64,000 nt of DNA, taken from positions 44,559-108,558 of the forward strand of contig JADGAU010000001.1 of the NCBI GenBank assembly GCA_015231865.1, written 5' to 3'. Position numbers and translations under genes: made by a program. Origin of the DNA: Gammaproteobacteria bacterium. GTDB lineage: Bacteria; Pseudomonadota; Gammaproteobacteria; GRL18. The notes beneath the pieces were generated by a model. It did no database searches. It was not told where the DNA came from and saw nothing but the letters and a program-made list of their open reading frames with translations. Position 1 is the first letter of the stretch. Every line of letters begins with the position of its first letter. This document shows positions 38,761-49,740 of the stretch, piece by piece.

Positions 38761-39921
38761 ATGAAACCTTTATTCCTCCTATTTTTATTTACTATTTGCC
38801 TACCTGTATTGGCTGATGATAAAGCACAACTGTCTCAAAAAAAACTAGCAACCCAGGAACTTAATCAGCTTAAACAAAAAATTAGCCAATTAAAAAATGA
38901 ATTAAGTAGCATTAGCCAGAAAAAAAATAAACATTTATATAAACTTCAACAGTCTGATCTTAAAATTAATGCTATTAGTAATAAAATTCACAAGCTCAAT
39001 ATCAAAATCCAAAACCTGCAGAAACAACAAAGTAATTTAAATAAAAGCTTAATCAAGCATAATCAAAATTTGTCCATGCATCAAAACATTTTATCTCAGC
39101 AAGTAGCAGCTAGTTATCAGGCAGGAAAGCAAGAATTAGTAAAATTATTATTAAATCAACAACAGCCGGCAAAATTTAATCGTATCATGACCTATTACGA
39201 ATACTTCCATAAAGCCCGCCTACATCAAATACAACAAGTAAGCCAAATTATTTCTAAAATTGGAGAGGAACAACATCAACTCCAATTAACGGAACAGGAA
39301 ATCTCTTTACAACAACACCTTTTAGAGCAAGAGCACGAAACTTTTAAACAAGAAAAAAGTAAACAACAATTTTTAATTTCTGAATTGAATGAGCGACAAA
39401 AACAATCGACAGATCAATTAGAACAATTGATAAAAGATAAAAATAGACTCAATCAATTATTATCTCAGATCCAGGCTGCAGTTAATAGAATGGCAGCCTT
39501 AGAACAACAAAAACCATTTAAACAGCTTAAAGGTAAATTGACCTGGCCTAGCTCTGGCAAGTTAAAGAAACTCTATGGACGTTGGAGAAGTGTTAATAAA
39601 GTGAAATGGAATGGCAATATCATTCAAAATCCTGAAGGTTCAGAAGTTTATAGTATTTCATCTGGCAGAGTAGTTTTTTCTGACTGGTTTCGCGGCTATG
39701 GCTTATTAACGATTATTGATCATGGCCAACAATACATGAGTTTGTATGGGCATAGCCAAAGTTTATTAAAAAGTGTTGGCGATGAGGTTTATGTTGGTGA
39801 ACAAATTGCTACCAGCGGCAGAACCGGGGGTAACGCAATACCAGGGACTTATTTTGAAGTTCGCTACAAAGGGCAGCCAGTAAACCCTTCAAGCTGGTGT
39901 AAGAAAATGCCCAAAAGCTAA
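38761..39921 (+). CDS. envC: Murein hydrolase activator EnvC (coiled coil plus M23/LytM domain)
   Basis: Signal peptide, long Gln/Lys-rich coiled coil, C-terminal LytM domain (IIDHGQQYMSLYGH). Confidence 0.85.
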   Translation: MKPLFLLFLFTICLPVLADDKAQLSQKKLATQELNQLKQKISQLKNELSSISQKKNKHLYKLQQSDLKINAISNKIHKLNIKIQNLQKQQSNLNKSLIKHNQNLSMHQNILSQQVAASYQAGKQELVKLLLNQQQPAKFNRIMTYYEYFHKARLHQIQQVSQIISKIGEEQHQLQLTEQEISLQQHLLEQEHETFKQEKSKQQFLISELNERQKQSTDQLEQLIKDKNRLNQLLSQIQAAVNRMAALEQQKPFKQLKGKLTWPSSGKLKKLYGRWRSVNKVKWNGNIIQNPEGSEVYSISSGRVVFSDWFRGYGLLTIIDHGQQYMSLYGHSQSLLKSVGDEVYVGEQIATSGRTGGNAIPGTYFEVRYKGQPVNPSSWCKKMPKS

Positions 39922-40086
39922 ATCTTATTTATATTCATGATATTTGGCCAAAAGTAACGCAGTCTGTATTTTCCCTCATGAACCCTACTCCTGGTTAAAG
40001 GTGATGAGTATACTTGAATTGTTAACAACGACTGTTATATAGTCACCAATTAAATTAACTAAAAGAATCATAATCATTCAGAAATT

Positions 40087-41463
40087 ATGCAAATATCACA
40101 TCAAAAATTATCATTACTGCTCACTATTGTTTTTGGCCTACTTTTTCACCCTGTGTTTGCCGAAGATATCAATACTGACTCAATTAAAGAAAACAAAGAT
40201 AGCCTGGAAACTAAACAAGAAGCTGAAAGTTTTTCCAGACCACTACCCATTGATATTATTCAAGAATTTACTCATAGCTTTGATAAAATTAGAAAAGAGT
40301 ACGTTGAAGATATTGATGATAAAGAAATTCTTACTAATGCTATAAAAGGAATGCTTTCCGGTTTAGATCCTCATTCAACTTATTTGGATTCAACATCTTT
40401 TGAAGAAATAAAAGAAGGAACAAAAGGTGAATTTAGTGGGCTTGGTATGGAGGTTGGTGTTGAAGATAAACACATTAAAGTAATTACTCCTATTGATAAC
40501 TCCCCAGCTCAAAAAGCAGGCATAAGAGCCGGAGATTTCATTCTTAAAATAAACAATACACCAACAAGAGGTATGAGTTTAGATGATTCTGTAAAATTAA
40601 TGCGCGGTGAAGTTGGAACGACAATTACCATCACAATTTTACATGAAGGCAGTAAAACTCCTGAAGATATCACCATAACTCGTGAAGTAATTAAACTTTC
40701 CAGTGTAAAATCAGAATTACTTAAACCTGATTTTGCTTATGCTCGATTGTCTAGTTTTCAATCCCGTTCTGCAAATGATCTTAAAGATCAAATTAAAACA
40801 CTTGCGAAAACAAATAAATCACCGCTTAAAGGCCTAATCCTGGACTTAAGAAATAATCCCGGAGGAATTTTAACGGGTGCTGTTGATATTAGTGATTTAT
40901 TCATAAATCAAGGATTGATTGTTTATACTAAAGGACGCCACGAATCTTCTATTCAGAAATATTCAGCAACTCAAGGAGATATTTTAGATTCAGCACCTAT
41001 TGTTGTTTTAGTTAATAAAGGCTCTGCATCTGCTTCAGAAATTGTTGCCGGTGCACTTCAAGATCACAAACGTGCTATCATTATGGGCCAACAATCATTT
41101 GGAAAAGGTTCAGTTCAAACAATCTTACCGATGTCTGAAAAAACAGCGATCAAACTTACCACAGCAAGATACTATACACCCTCGGGCAAAGTCATTCAGG
41201 CTAAAGGCATTGTTCCGGATATTGTTATTGAAAACTGGAAACTTGACAAAACAAAATCAAAATTTAATTCCAGTGTTAAGGAAGCGGATTTAGAAGGCCA
41301 TTTAAGTGGTGCTAAAATTTCCTCAAAGGATAAAAATGGAGAAAAATCTGACAAGAACCTTTCAAAAATAAGCTCTAAATTAGAAACCGACTATTTACTA
41401 AATGAAGCTCTAAATTTATTAAGAGGCATAGATATTTTAAGTAAGCATAAAAAGGCTCTATAG
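40087..41463 (+). CDS. ctpA: Carboxy-terminal processing protease (S41)
   Basis: PDZ region GLGMEVG...GDFILKIN; catalytic context GSASASEI and SFGKGSVQ; gpmI-envC-ctpA synteny. Confidence 0.85.
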   Translation: MQISHQKLSLLLTIVFGLLFHPVFAEDINTDSIKENKDSLETKQEAESFSRPLPIDIIQEFTHSFDKIRKEYVEDIDDKEILTNAIKGMLSGLDPHSTYLDSTSFEEIKEGTKGEFSGLGMEVGVEDKHIKVITPIDNSPAQKAGIRAGDFILKINNTPTRGMSLDDSVKLMRGEVGTTITITILHEGSKTPEDITITREVIKLSSVKSELLKPDFAYARLSSFQSRSANDLKDQIKTLAKTNKSPLKGLILDLRNNPGGILTGAVDISDLFINQGLIVYTKGRHESSIQKYSATQGDILDSAPIVVLVNKGSASASEIVAGALQDHKRAIIMGQQSFGKGSVQTILPMSEKTAIKLTTARYYTPSGKVIQAKGIVPDIVIENWKLDKTKSKFNSSVKEADLEGHLSGAKISSKDKNGEKSDKNLSKISSKLETDYLLNEALNLLRGIDILSKHKKAL

Positions 41464-41474
41464 TTAACTATTCA

Positions 41475-42251
41475 ATGAAGATTAAATCTCGTCTTGTTAA
41501 TAGAGGATTAACCTGTTTTTATTTTTGGTTAATTGTCTTTTTGATATTGCCTATAACTGCTTTTAGCTCACCAATAAATAAAACTAGCTATATAGCAATT
41601 ATTATAGATGATCTGGGCTATAAACCACAAAACGATCGTCGTGCTTTAGCACTTAAAGGCAACCTCAGCTATGCTTTTTTACCGTTTGCACCAAATAGTA
41701 AGGTTCTTGCGAAACAAGTCGTAAAAAAGCAGCAAAATATTTTTTTACACCTTCCTATGGAAGCCACCAATTCGGTAAAATTAGGTCCTGGTGGTTTGAC
41801 TTATAAAATGACAAAAAGTGAATTTACTAATTCAGTCATTAATAGTATTAACTCAGTTCCATATATCATTGGTATCAATAATCATATGGGAAGTTTATTG
41901 ACGACAAGTAATATTCACATGCAATGGTTAATGGAAATAATGTCTCAAAAAAACCTTATTTTTATAGATAGTCGAACAACAACTAAAACTGTTGCAGAAA
42001 AACTCGCTAGACAAAACCATATACAGGTTACTCGTCGAAATGTTTTTCTTGATCATACTCGAAATGCTAAAGATATCCAGTTTCAATATAATAGATTGTT
42101 AAAACTGGCCAAAAGAAATAAAACCGCTCTCGCTATCGCACACCCTTTTCCAGAAACTTTAACTTTTTTAGAACAACAACTACCCAAACTTAAGTCATTA
42201 GGTATAGAATTAGTCTCTGTTTCTGAATTAATAAAACAACAACAATTATAA
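41475..42251 (+). CDS. Divergent polysaccharide deacetylase family protein (YibQ-like)
   Basis: N-terminal TM; AIIIDDLGY, NNHMGS motifs; synteny. Confidence 0.8.
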   Translation: MKIKSRLVNRGLTCFYFWLIVFLILPITAFSSPINKTSYIAIIIDDLGYKPQNDRRALALKGNLSYAFLPFAPNSKVLAKQVVKKQQNIFLHLPMEATNSVKLGPGGLTYKMTKSEFTNSVINSINSVPYIIGINNHMGSLLTTSNIHMQWLMEIMSQKNLIFIDSRTTTKTVAEKLARQNHIQVTRRNVFLDHTRNAKDIQFQYNRLLKLAKRNKTALAIAHPFPETLTFLEQQLPKLKSLGIELVSVSELIKQQQL

Positions 42252-42258
42252 TTATTTA

Positions 42259-42849
42259 ATGAATAAAAACGTCCTAATTATCTTAGCTGAAGGTTTTGAA
42301 GAACTCGAGGCAGTTACTGTAATTGATTTACTTCGAAGAGCTGATATTACTGTGACAATTGTAAGTTTAGACAATAGCACGCAACTTAACCCTGTTACAG
42401 CAAGTAGAGGAACTAAGATTTTACCTGATATTTCAATCGACACTGCTTTAACACAATCATTTGATTTGCTTGTATTACCTGGCGGACTTCCAGGCGCCGA
42501 TAACCTAAATAAAGATAAACGTGTTCATCAAATAATTGAAAAAATGAATAAAGAAGGAAAATATATCAGTGCTATCTGTGCTGCACCAAGAGTTTTAATG
42601 GAAGCAAATTTATTGTCTAATAAAACTTATACCTGTTACCCTGATAGTGTTGATCTTAAGAAATATAAAAAAGTACAAACAAAAGGCAGTCTTCGAATCG
42701 ATAAAAACGTTACCCTATGTAATAATGTTGTAACTTCAAAAGGCCCTGGAACGGCTATTGAATTTGCCTTAACACTTATTAGCTTACTTACTGATAAACT
42801 TACTGCGAACAATATTGCTGATGGATTACTTCATCCCCGGTTATTTTAA
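42259..42849 (+). CDS. DJ-1/PfpI family protein (YajL/ThiJ-like)
   Basis: Nucleophile-elbow Cys in YISAICAAP; LPGGLPGA. Confidence 0.85.
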   Translation: MNKNVLIILAEGFEELEAVTVIDLLRRADITVTIVSLDNSTQLNPVTASRGTKILPDISIDTALTQSFDLLVLPGGLPGADNLNKDKRVHQIIEKMNKEGKYISAICAAPRVLMEANLLSNKTYTCYPDSVDLKKYKKVQTKGSLRIDKNVTLCNNVVTSKGPGTAIEFALTLISLLTDKLTANNIADGLLHPRLF

Positions 42850-42855
42850 TATTTT

Positions 42856-43812
42856 ATGAATAAGATTCTATCTTTATTTTTTTTATTTTTTACATATCCA
42901 GTCTATGCTTGGAATATTGATGGGCTTGGTCAGTATAAATTCGAATTAATAAATAATACTCATAACGTTTATATTATGCATGGCCCGTTAGGTTTACCAA
43001 CTAAACAAAATACTGGCTTTATGAATAATCCGGCGATGATAATTAGTCAACAGGGAGTTATTATCATTGATCCCGGCTCAACGTATGATGTAGGCGTAAA
43101 TGTAATATCTGAAATAAAAAAAATTACGAATAAACCTGTTTTAGCTGTATTTAACACGCATATTCATGGGGATCATTGGTTTGCTAATCATGCCTTTAAA
43201 CAATATTACCCAAACGCAAAGTTTTATGGCAGTCAAAATATGATTGACCAGGCTAATGGTGAAAAAGCAATTATCTGGTTAAACTCTATGAATTCTATGA
43301 CAGAGGGACTAAGTAAAAATACCATTATTACTCCTCCTAACCTTATTACAGAAAATCATCAAAAAATTCAGATTGATGATCAAAGTTTTGTTATTTATTT
43401 GACTAATTTGGCTCATACCAATACAGATATAATGATTGAGCATGTTCAAAGTAAAACCTTATTCCTTGGCGATAATGGTTTTAATGGCCGCTTTGGTCAG
43501 TTTGATGATAGCTCAAATATCCAAGGAAATATTAAAGCTTTACAACTAGCTCAACAACTTGACATTAATTACTATGTCCCGGGACATGGTCAATCAGGAC
43601 AATACATCGATGTTGTAAAACCATATCTTAATTATTTATTAATGCTAAAAAGGACTGTTGCAAAAGGTTTTGAAGAAGGTTTGGAAGATTATGAAATTAA
43701 AGATAAGATTGAATTAGAATTTTCTCAATACAACGGTTGGGTTGGTTTTAATATTGTTTTTGGCAAACATGTCAATAAAATGTATCTTGAAACTGAAAGT
43801 AATTATTGGTAA
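42856..43812 (+). CDS. Secreted MBL-fold metallo-hydrolase
   Basis: Signal peptide; HIHGDHW (HxHxDH). Confidence 0.8.
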   Translation: MNKILSLFFLFFTYPVYAWNIDGLGQYKFELINNTHNVYIMHGPLGLPTKQNTGFMNNPAMIISQQGVIIIDPGSTYDVGVNVISEIKKITNKPVLAVFNTHIHGDHWFANHAFKQYYPNAKFYGSQNMIDQANGEKAIIWLNSMNSMTEGLSKNTIITPPNLITENHQKIQIDDQSFVIYLTNLAHTNTDIMIEHVQSKTLFLGDNGFNGRFGQFDDSSNIQGNIKALQLAQQLDINYYVPGHGQSGQYIDVVKPYLNYLLMLKRTVAKGFEEGLEDYEIKDKIELEFSQYNGWVGFNIVFGKHVNKMYLETESNYW

Positions 43813-43958
43813 TTAAACCTAACAAATCATTATGAATGTAATGAGAATAAATAAATTGCTGAAGAAAATCTCAAGATTTAGTGATATAAACACTCGCAGT
43901 AACTTTAACTATTTTTTTTATGTTAAAGCACAATTAAATAAATTAAAAGGATACAACC

Positions 43959-44897
43959 ATGGCTACAACTACTCCTGATAACACAAAAAATAAAGAGACT
44001 ACTAATAATCAAATTAATATTGATGGTGAAATTATTAACGTAGAAGAACTGACAACACGATATTATAAATTACAGCAAGAACGCAATACTTTAAAAAGAA
44101 GTAATACTAAAGCTGTTAGACGTTATAAACGTGAAGAAGAACTAAAGCCCTATCAAGCTGAACTTATTCGTTTACAAAAGCACCTTGAAGATAATAATAA
44201 AAAAATGATTATTATATTTGAAGGTCGAGATGCTTCTGGTAAAGGTGGTACGATTCGACGTGTTACACGTTATATGAATGAAAAACATTATCGTATTGTT
44301 GCCTTAGGAAAACCTACAGAAGAACAAAAAACACAATGGTTTTTCCAACGTTATGTATCTCAACTACCTCATGGCGGTGAAGTGGTTTTATTTGATCGCA
44401 GTTGGTATAACAGAGCTATGGTTGAACCGGTATTTGGGTTTTGTACCGCCGAAGAATATCAACAATTTATGAAAGGTGTTGTAGGTTATGAAAAAGATTT
44501 AGTACGCCAGGGAACCATTCTCGTTAAACTATATTTTAGTGTGACAAAAGAAGAACAGGAAAGGCGTTTTACTCGTCGTAAAACTGATGTTTTAAGGCAA
44601 TGGAAATTATCCGAAGTTGATGTGCAGGCTCAGGAACGATGGGATGATTTTACCAATGTAAAATATGAAATGTTAAAACGTACTCATACTGCTACTTGCC
44701 CATGGACAATTATTCGCTCCAATGATAAACATCAGGCCAGACTTAATGCAATGCGTACTATTTTAAATAGTGTTCCTTATAAACGTTCAGATTCTTCACT
44801 TGATTTTGTACCCGATCACAACATTGTTTGCTCTGGTGCTCGAGAGATTGAATTAATGGAAGCTCAACGTCTACGTGAAGGTAAGTTTATTTCTTAA
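43959..44897 (+). CDS. ppk2: Polyphosphate kinase 2
   Basis: IIFEGRDASGKGGTIRRV Walker-A-like motif, FDRSWYNR. Confidence 0.88.
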   Translation: MATTTPDNTKNKETTNNQINIDGEIINVEELTTRYYKLQQERNTLKRSNTKAVRRYKREEELKPYQAELIRLQKHLEDNNKKMIIIFEGRDASGKGGTIRRVTRYMNEKHYRIVALGKPTEEQKTQWFFQRYVSQLPHGGEVVLFDRSWYNRAMVEPVFGFCTAEEYQQFMKGVVGYEKDLVRQGTILVKLYFSVTKEEQERRFTRRKTDVLRQWKLSEVDVQAQERWDDFTNVKYEMLKRTHTATCPWTIIRSNDKHQARLNAMRTILNSVPYKRSDSSLDFVPDHNIVCSGAREIELMEAQRLREGKFIS

Positions 44898-44961
44898 ATT
44901 TATGTCTCTTTATCAAATTCAATTTTATTTTTTACTTTAATTACCTGGTCTTTTTTAAAAA

Positions 44962-45861
44962 ATGATACGCGAACTCATAAATCAGGCTAATACAGTTATT
45001 CTTGGTAAAGAGCATCAAATTAAGCTTTCTATTTGTTGCCTACTAGCGCAAGGGCATCTGCTGATTGAAGATTTACCTGGAATGGGTAAAACAACTTTAT
45101 CCCATCTGATTGCTCAACTTTTTGGTTTAAATTATACCCGTATTCAGTTTACCAGCGATATGTTACCTGCTGATATTATAGGTGTTAGTATTTTTAATAA
45201 AGAAACACATGACTTTAAATTTATTAAGGGACCAATTTTTACTCAAGTTGTACTTGCTGATGAAATTAATCGCTCATCTGCCAGAACCCAAAGCGCCTTA
45301 TTAGAGGCAATGGAAGAAAATCAGGTATCTATTGATAAGCATACCTATCCATTAGATAAACCTTTTTTTGTTATTGCGACACAAAATCCCAATTTTCAAA
45401 TGGGAACTTTTCCTTTACCTGAATCTCAGTTAGACAGATTTTTAATGAGAATTACTCTTGGCTATCCAGAACCCGCTGTAGAACGTCTTATTTTGCAGGG
45501 AAGACAAGATAAACTTATTAATTCACTGTCTCCTTTTTTTAATAACAATGAACTATTAAACCTTCAGAATAAGGTCAGTAAAGTTTTTGTATCTGATGCT
45601 ATTTTAGATATTATCCAGGAAATACTCAGGATCTCCAGAGAGCAAAGTCAATTTATTACTGGTTTGTCACCTCGTGCAGGACTTGCTTTAATTCAGGCAT
45701 CTAAAGCCTGGGCATTATTGCACGAACGTGAAATGGTCATACCTGATGACATTGACAATATTTTAACTGCTGTAATCGGCCATCGCCTTCAAAATAGCAG
45801 CCTGCAATCTTTATCAGATGAAGAGATACGTAATGTATTTCAACAAGTGCAAATGGTATAA
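44962..45861 (+). CDS. MoxR-like AAA+ ATPase
   Basis: LIEDLPGMGKTT Walker A, VLADEINR Walker B; about 300 aa. Confidence 0.88.
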   Translation: MIRELINQANTVILGKEHQIKLSICCLLAQGHLLIEDLPGMGKTTLSHLIAQLFGLNYTRIQFTSDMLPADIIGVSIFNKETHDFKFIKGPIFTQVVLADEINRSSARTQSALLEAMEENQVSIDKHTYPLDKPFFVIATQNPNFQMGTFPLPESQLDRFLMRITLGYPEPAVERLILQGRQDKLINSLSPFFNNNELLNLQNKVSKVFVSDAILDIIQEILRISREQSQFITGLSPRAGLALIQASKAWALLHEREMVIPDDIDNILTAVIGHRLQNSSLQSLSDEEIRNVFQQVQMV

Positions 45862-45869
45862 ATCTTTTT

Positions 45870-46904
45870 ATGGATTTAAATAGACTTGCTGCCAAATCTA
45901 ATAATGCAAAACTTGCCTATCATTTGATAGAAAATATACAGCTTTATTTTGTTGAACGGTTAAATTCAATTAGCCATAATGTTGGTAATAACCAAGACTT
46001 TATACCTATAGAATGGTTTAGAAACTCTGGAACAAATGGTGGCGGTGTACGCTTTGTTAGTCAAGACGAGTCTATTTTTAACCGTGCGCAAGTTAATTTT
46101 TCACAAGTTCAATATGAACTAGATAGTTCAAAATCATTAAATTCAGCAACGGCTATTTCTACTATAATACACCCGTTCAATCCTCAAGCACCGTCTATGC
46201 ATATGCACATTAGTTATACTGAACTTAAAAATGAGCATAGTTATTGGCGAATTATGGCAGATCTCAATCCTGCTATTTTCTATAAAGAGGATGCAATTGT
46301 TTTTAAAAACAATCTTAAAACTTCTTCCAATAATTATTTTAATGAAGGCTATCAGCAAGGTTCAAAATATTTTTATATCCCGGTTTTAGAATGTCATAGA
46401 GGTGTTGAACATTTTTATCTGGAAGGCTTTAGTTCTGGTGATTTTAACGTTGATTCTAAGTTTGCCAAAAAAATAGGCGAATCAGTGATCGATACCTATA
46501 TTACAATTATTAATAATCGAATAAATAACGATTTTTCTGCAACAGATAAAGAGGTTCAACTTGCTTATCATACGCTTTACCTATTCCAGGTTTTAACTCT
46601 TGATAGAGGTACAACTTCCGGCTTACTTATTCATAATGAAAATGATGTAGGTATTCTTGGATCCATACCCTCACATATTGATACTGAATTATTACGTTCC
46701 TGGGTTAGTAAAATGCCAATACCACAAGATAAATTATTAAATGCTATTTGTAATACTTTAGGGAATGGCGTTGTAATTATTGATGATTTGATGAAACAAA
46801 AACTTTGTGAGGTTTCAAGAAGGCATTATCAAGCATATCCTGAAGCTTTAACTATGCAAGCTAGCGGTAATCAAATACCGCCAACTGTCAATAATCATCG
46901 GTAA
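45870..46904 (+). CDS. Divergent coproporphyrinogen III oxidase (HemF)-fold protein
   Basis: Collinear with the HemF blocks as I remember them: GGGVRF...FNRAQVNFSQV, IIHPFNPQAPSMHMH, DLNP, FYIPVLECHRGV, LDRGTTSGL. Several canonical positions are substituted. Confidence 0.55.
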   Translation: MDLNRLAAKSNNAKLAYHLIENIQLYFVERLNSISHNVGNNQDFIPIEWFRNSGTNGGGVRFVSQDESIFNRAQVNFSQVQYELDSSKSLNSATAISTIIHPFNPQAPSMHMHISYTELKNEHSYWRIMADLNPAIFYKEDAIVFKNNLKTSSNNYFNEGYQQGSKYFYIPVLECHRGVEHFYLEGFSSGDFNVDSKFAKKIGESVIDTYITIINNRINNDFSATDKEVQLAYHTLYLFQVLTLDRGTTSGLLIHNENDVGILGSIPSHIDTELLRSWVSKMPIPQDKLLNAICNTLGNGVVIIDDLMKQKLCEVSRRHYQAYPEALTMQASGNQIPPTVNNHR

Positions 46905-46914
46905 TTAGAGCATA

Positions 46915-47709
46915 TTAAATTGCTAGATATTCATTTCTTAAATCTTCATCATCTAGCACTTCCTTAGCAGTGCCATCAAATACGATTCGGCCCATATCTA
47001 AAATAATTGCTCTATCAGCCAGTTTAAGAGCTGCAACCGCATTTTGTTCAACAATAATTGTCGTAATACCTAATTTTTTAATATTTTTCAAAATATTTTC
47101 AATTTCATGAACTATCACCGGCGCTAAACCTTCATAAGGTTCATCCAGTAATAATAATTTAATATCTCTGGCTAAAGCCCGACCAATTGCTAACATCTGT
47201 TGCTCACCACCAGATAAGGTAACACCTTCCTGTTTGCGTCTTTCACCCAAACGAGGAAAATGTTCGTATATTCGTTCTATACTCCATCCGTGAGGTTCAA
47301 CTATTTGAGCTAATTCAAGGTTTTCCTGAACCGTTAAACCGGCAATAATATCCCGATCTTCCGGTACTAATGAAACGCCAAGCTGTGCAGCTTGATATGA
47401 CTGCATTTCGTGTAGGGGTTGATGATCTAGCCAAATCTCTCCATGATGCACCTGAGGATCATTCATTCTTGCAATTGAGCGAAGAACCGTTGTTTTACCT
47501 GCACCATTTCTTCCTAGTAGAGCAACAATTTCACCTTCATGGATGTCTAAATTAACACCGTGAATAATATAACTTTCACCATAATAAGAATGTAAATCCC
47601 AGCATGAAAAGAAAGCAGGAGCTGTACCAACATTTCTTATATTTTCATTCTTATGGACTTTTATAAATGGGTTGTTTTTCTCGCTTGCCGCTATTAATTT
47701 CTCACTCAT
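46915..47709 (-). CDS. ABC transporter ATP-binding protein (LivF-like) with about 40-aa N-terminal extension
   Basis: GRNGAGKTT, LSGGEQQ, LLLDEP. The ATG at 47709 (ATGAGTGA overlap with the upstream stop) is preferred over the track GTG at 47721. Confidence 0.85.
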   Translation of the reverse strand: MSEKLIAASEKNNPFIKVHKNENIRNVGTAPAFFSCWDLHSYYGESYIIHGVNLDIHEGEIVALLGRNGAGKTTVLRSIARMNDPQVHHGEIWLDHQPLHEMQSYQAAQLGVSLVPEDRDIIAGLTVQENLELAQIVEPHGWSIERIYEHFPRLGERRKQEGVTLSGGEQQMLAIGRALARDIKLLLLDEPYEGLAPVIVHEIENILKNIKKLGITTIIVEQNAVAALKLADRAIILDMGRIVFDGTAKEVLDDEDLRNEYLAI

Positions 47710-48466
47710 CGTCTGCACCACCTAAATATGCCTCTTGAACAACTGGATTTCCCTTTATTTCATCAGGCGTACCTTCAGCAATAATTGCACCCTGAGCAAG
47801 AACAGAAATCTTGTCTGCAAGACTGAATACCACATGCATGTCATGTTCAATAATTATTTTAGTCATACCACTTTCTTTAATTTTCTTTAAAGTATCTATG
47901 GTTTTATTTGTATCATGTCTCGCCATACCTGCAGTAGGCTCATCCAGCAATAATAGCTTTGGATGCTGTATTAAGCTCATTGCTAATTCTAATCGACGTT
48001 TATCACCACGTGACATATTCCCTGCATGATGCATCATTTGATCTTTTAAGCCAAAATTCTCCAAAATATCAGTGGCTTCTTTATAAATCGTATCTTCTTG
48101 CATTAGAGATTTGAACCAGTTTAATTTAAAGTTACCATCCCGCCTGGCAAATGCAGGGATCATAACATTTTCGATAAGTGATAGTTCAGGAAAAATTTCT
48201 GGTGTTTGAAATACTCTGGCAATACCAATCTGGTTAATTTGATATGCAGTTTTCCCTACAACATTTTCACCTTTAAATGTAACCGTTCCCGTATCAGGTA
48301 TTAACTTACCAATACAACAATTTAATAACGTTGATTTGCCTGCGCCGTTTGGTCCAATAATTGCGTGAACCGTTCCTTCTTCGACGTTAAGGTTCACTTC
48401 ATTTAAGGCTTTTAAACCACCGAACGTTTTATTGACGCCCTGTATTTGAAAAAATGAACTTTCCAC
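47702..48466 (-). CDS. ABC transporter ATP-binding protein (LivG-like)
   Basis: GPNGAGKST Walker A, LLLDEP Walker B; 254 aa. Confidence 0.88.
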   Translation of the reverse strand: MESSFFQIQGVNKTFGGLKALNEVNLNVEEGTVHAIIGPNGAGKSTLLNCCIGKLIPDTGTVTFKGENVVGKTAYQINQIGIARVFQTPEIFPELSLIENVMIPAFARRDGNFKLNWFKSLMQEDTIYKEATDILENFGLKDQMMHHAGNMSRGDKRRLELAMSLIQHPKLLLLDEPTAGMARHDTNKTIDTLKKIKESGMTKIIIEHDMHVVFSLADKISVLAQGAIIAEGTPDEIKGNPVVQEAYLGGADDE

Positions 48467-48468
48467 AA

Positions 48469-49584
48469 TTATTCCTTATCTTTCTTTGACATTAGATTTT
48501 TTATTTTATCGAAGCCCTGCATGATACCGCCTGGCAAGAATATAACAATTATCATAAATAATAATCCAAGCGTTAAATGCCATCCTTCACCTACAAATAG
48601 ACTGCTAAAATCTACGACAAATGCATGCATCGAATCAGGTACGAATGAGAAGAAATCGCCTAATTCTTTTACTCCGATTGATGAGAAAATATTTTCTAAA
48701 TATTTAATAATGCCAACACCAAGCAATGGACCAAGTAAAGTACCTACACCGCCTAAGATTGTCATTAATACAACTTCACCTGAAGCTGTCCACTGCATTC
48801 TTTCAGCGCCTGCCAAAGGGTCGGTAACTGCTAACAAACCACCGGCTAAACCGGCAAACATACCGGAAATAACAAATGCAGCAAGAAGATACGGTTTTGT
48901 GTTATAACCTGTGTAGGACATACGGGTTTGATTAGATTTAATCGCACGTAAGTTTAAACCAAAAGGAGAATTGAAGATCTTTAATGAAATATAAAAAGCG
49001 ATTATTAATAAAACTGCACAAAAGTAAAATCCCTGATAGCCACTCATTTCCAGTCCAAATAAATTTGTTGATGGGATACCTTGTCCAACTTCTACAAACA
49101 AACCATCAACAACACGTGGATCATTTTTTGATAATTGTAGTCCGGTTTCACCATTTGTTATGGGTGTTAATACAGAATAAGCCAAATTATATGACATCTG
49201 AGCAAATGCCAATGTTAGAATTGAGAAGTAAATACCTGAACGTCTCAAACTTATATAACCAATTAATAAAGCAAATATACCCGCTAGTACCATACTAAAT
49301 ATAATTGCCGGTAATACATTCATAGTTAGCAGTTTAAATGACCACACAGCGGTATAGGAACCCACACCCAAAAAGGTCGCATGTCCAAATGATAGATAGC
49401 CGGTTAAACCAAATAAAATATTGAACCCAACTGCAAAAATTCCAAATATTGCAAATTTTTGTAGAAGATCAGGATATGCTGCACCGATTGGTTCAAGCCA
49501 TAATGGCATAGTTAAAACGACCACTGAAAATATCACCATATATAATGGAATATTATTGGATTTTAGAATTTTTTCATTTTTCAT
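48469..49584 (-). CDS. Branched-chain-amino-acid-type ABC permease (LivM-like)
   Basis: 371 aa polytopic protein; operon context. Confidence 0.8.
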   Translation of the reverse strand: MKNEKILKSNNIPLYMVIFSVVVLTMPLWLEPIGAAYPDLLQKFAIFGIFAVGFNILFGLTGYLSFGHATFLGVGSYTAVWSFKLLTMNVLPAIIFSMVLAGIFALLIGYISLRRSGIYFSILTLAFAQMSYNLAYSVLTPITNGETGLQLSKNDPRVVDGLFVEVGQGIPSTNLFGLEMSGYQGFYFCAVLLIIAFYISLKIFNSPFGLNLRAIKSNQTRMSYTGYNTKPYLLAAFVISGMFAGLAGGLLAVTDPLAGAERMQWTASGEVVLMTILGGVGTLLGPLLGVGIIKYLENIFSSIGVKELGDFFSFVPDSMHAFVVDFSSLFVGEGWHLTLGLLFMIIVIFLPGGIMQGFDKIKNLMSKKDKE

Positions 49585-49640
49585 CTTAGTCTCAACTTCA
49601 AAATTCAGATTAATAATTCTGATTAATATAGTGGTAATAT

Positions 49641-49740
49641 TTGTTAATGTAGCGAGGCATCAAGAATTAAAGGTGATGGAGTGTATATAAAATACATGAC
49701 TGAACCTTTTTATTCTTGATAACGAAGTCTACATTAACAA
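49641..49740. repeat. Long imperfect inverted repeat in the 171-nt spacer between the two permease genes
   Basis: ttgttaatgtag (49641-49652) pairs with ctacattaacaa (49729-49740). atcaagaat (49659-49667) pairs with attcttgat (49712-49720). Confidence 0.7.

Noticed and set aside
48521-49690. Plus-strand ORFs 48521..48907, 48984..49298 and 49421..49690
   Set aside because: They are antisense to the LivM-like permease. Such ORFs are typical in AT-rich membrane-protein genes.
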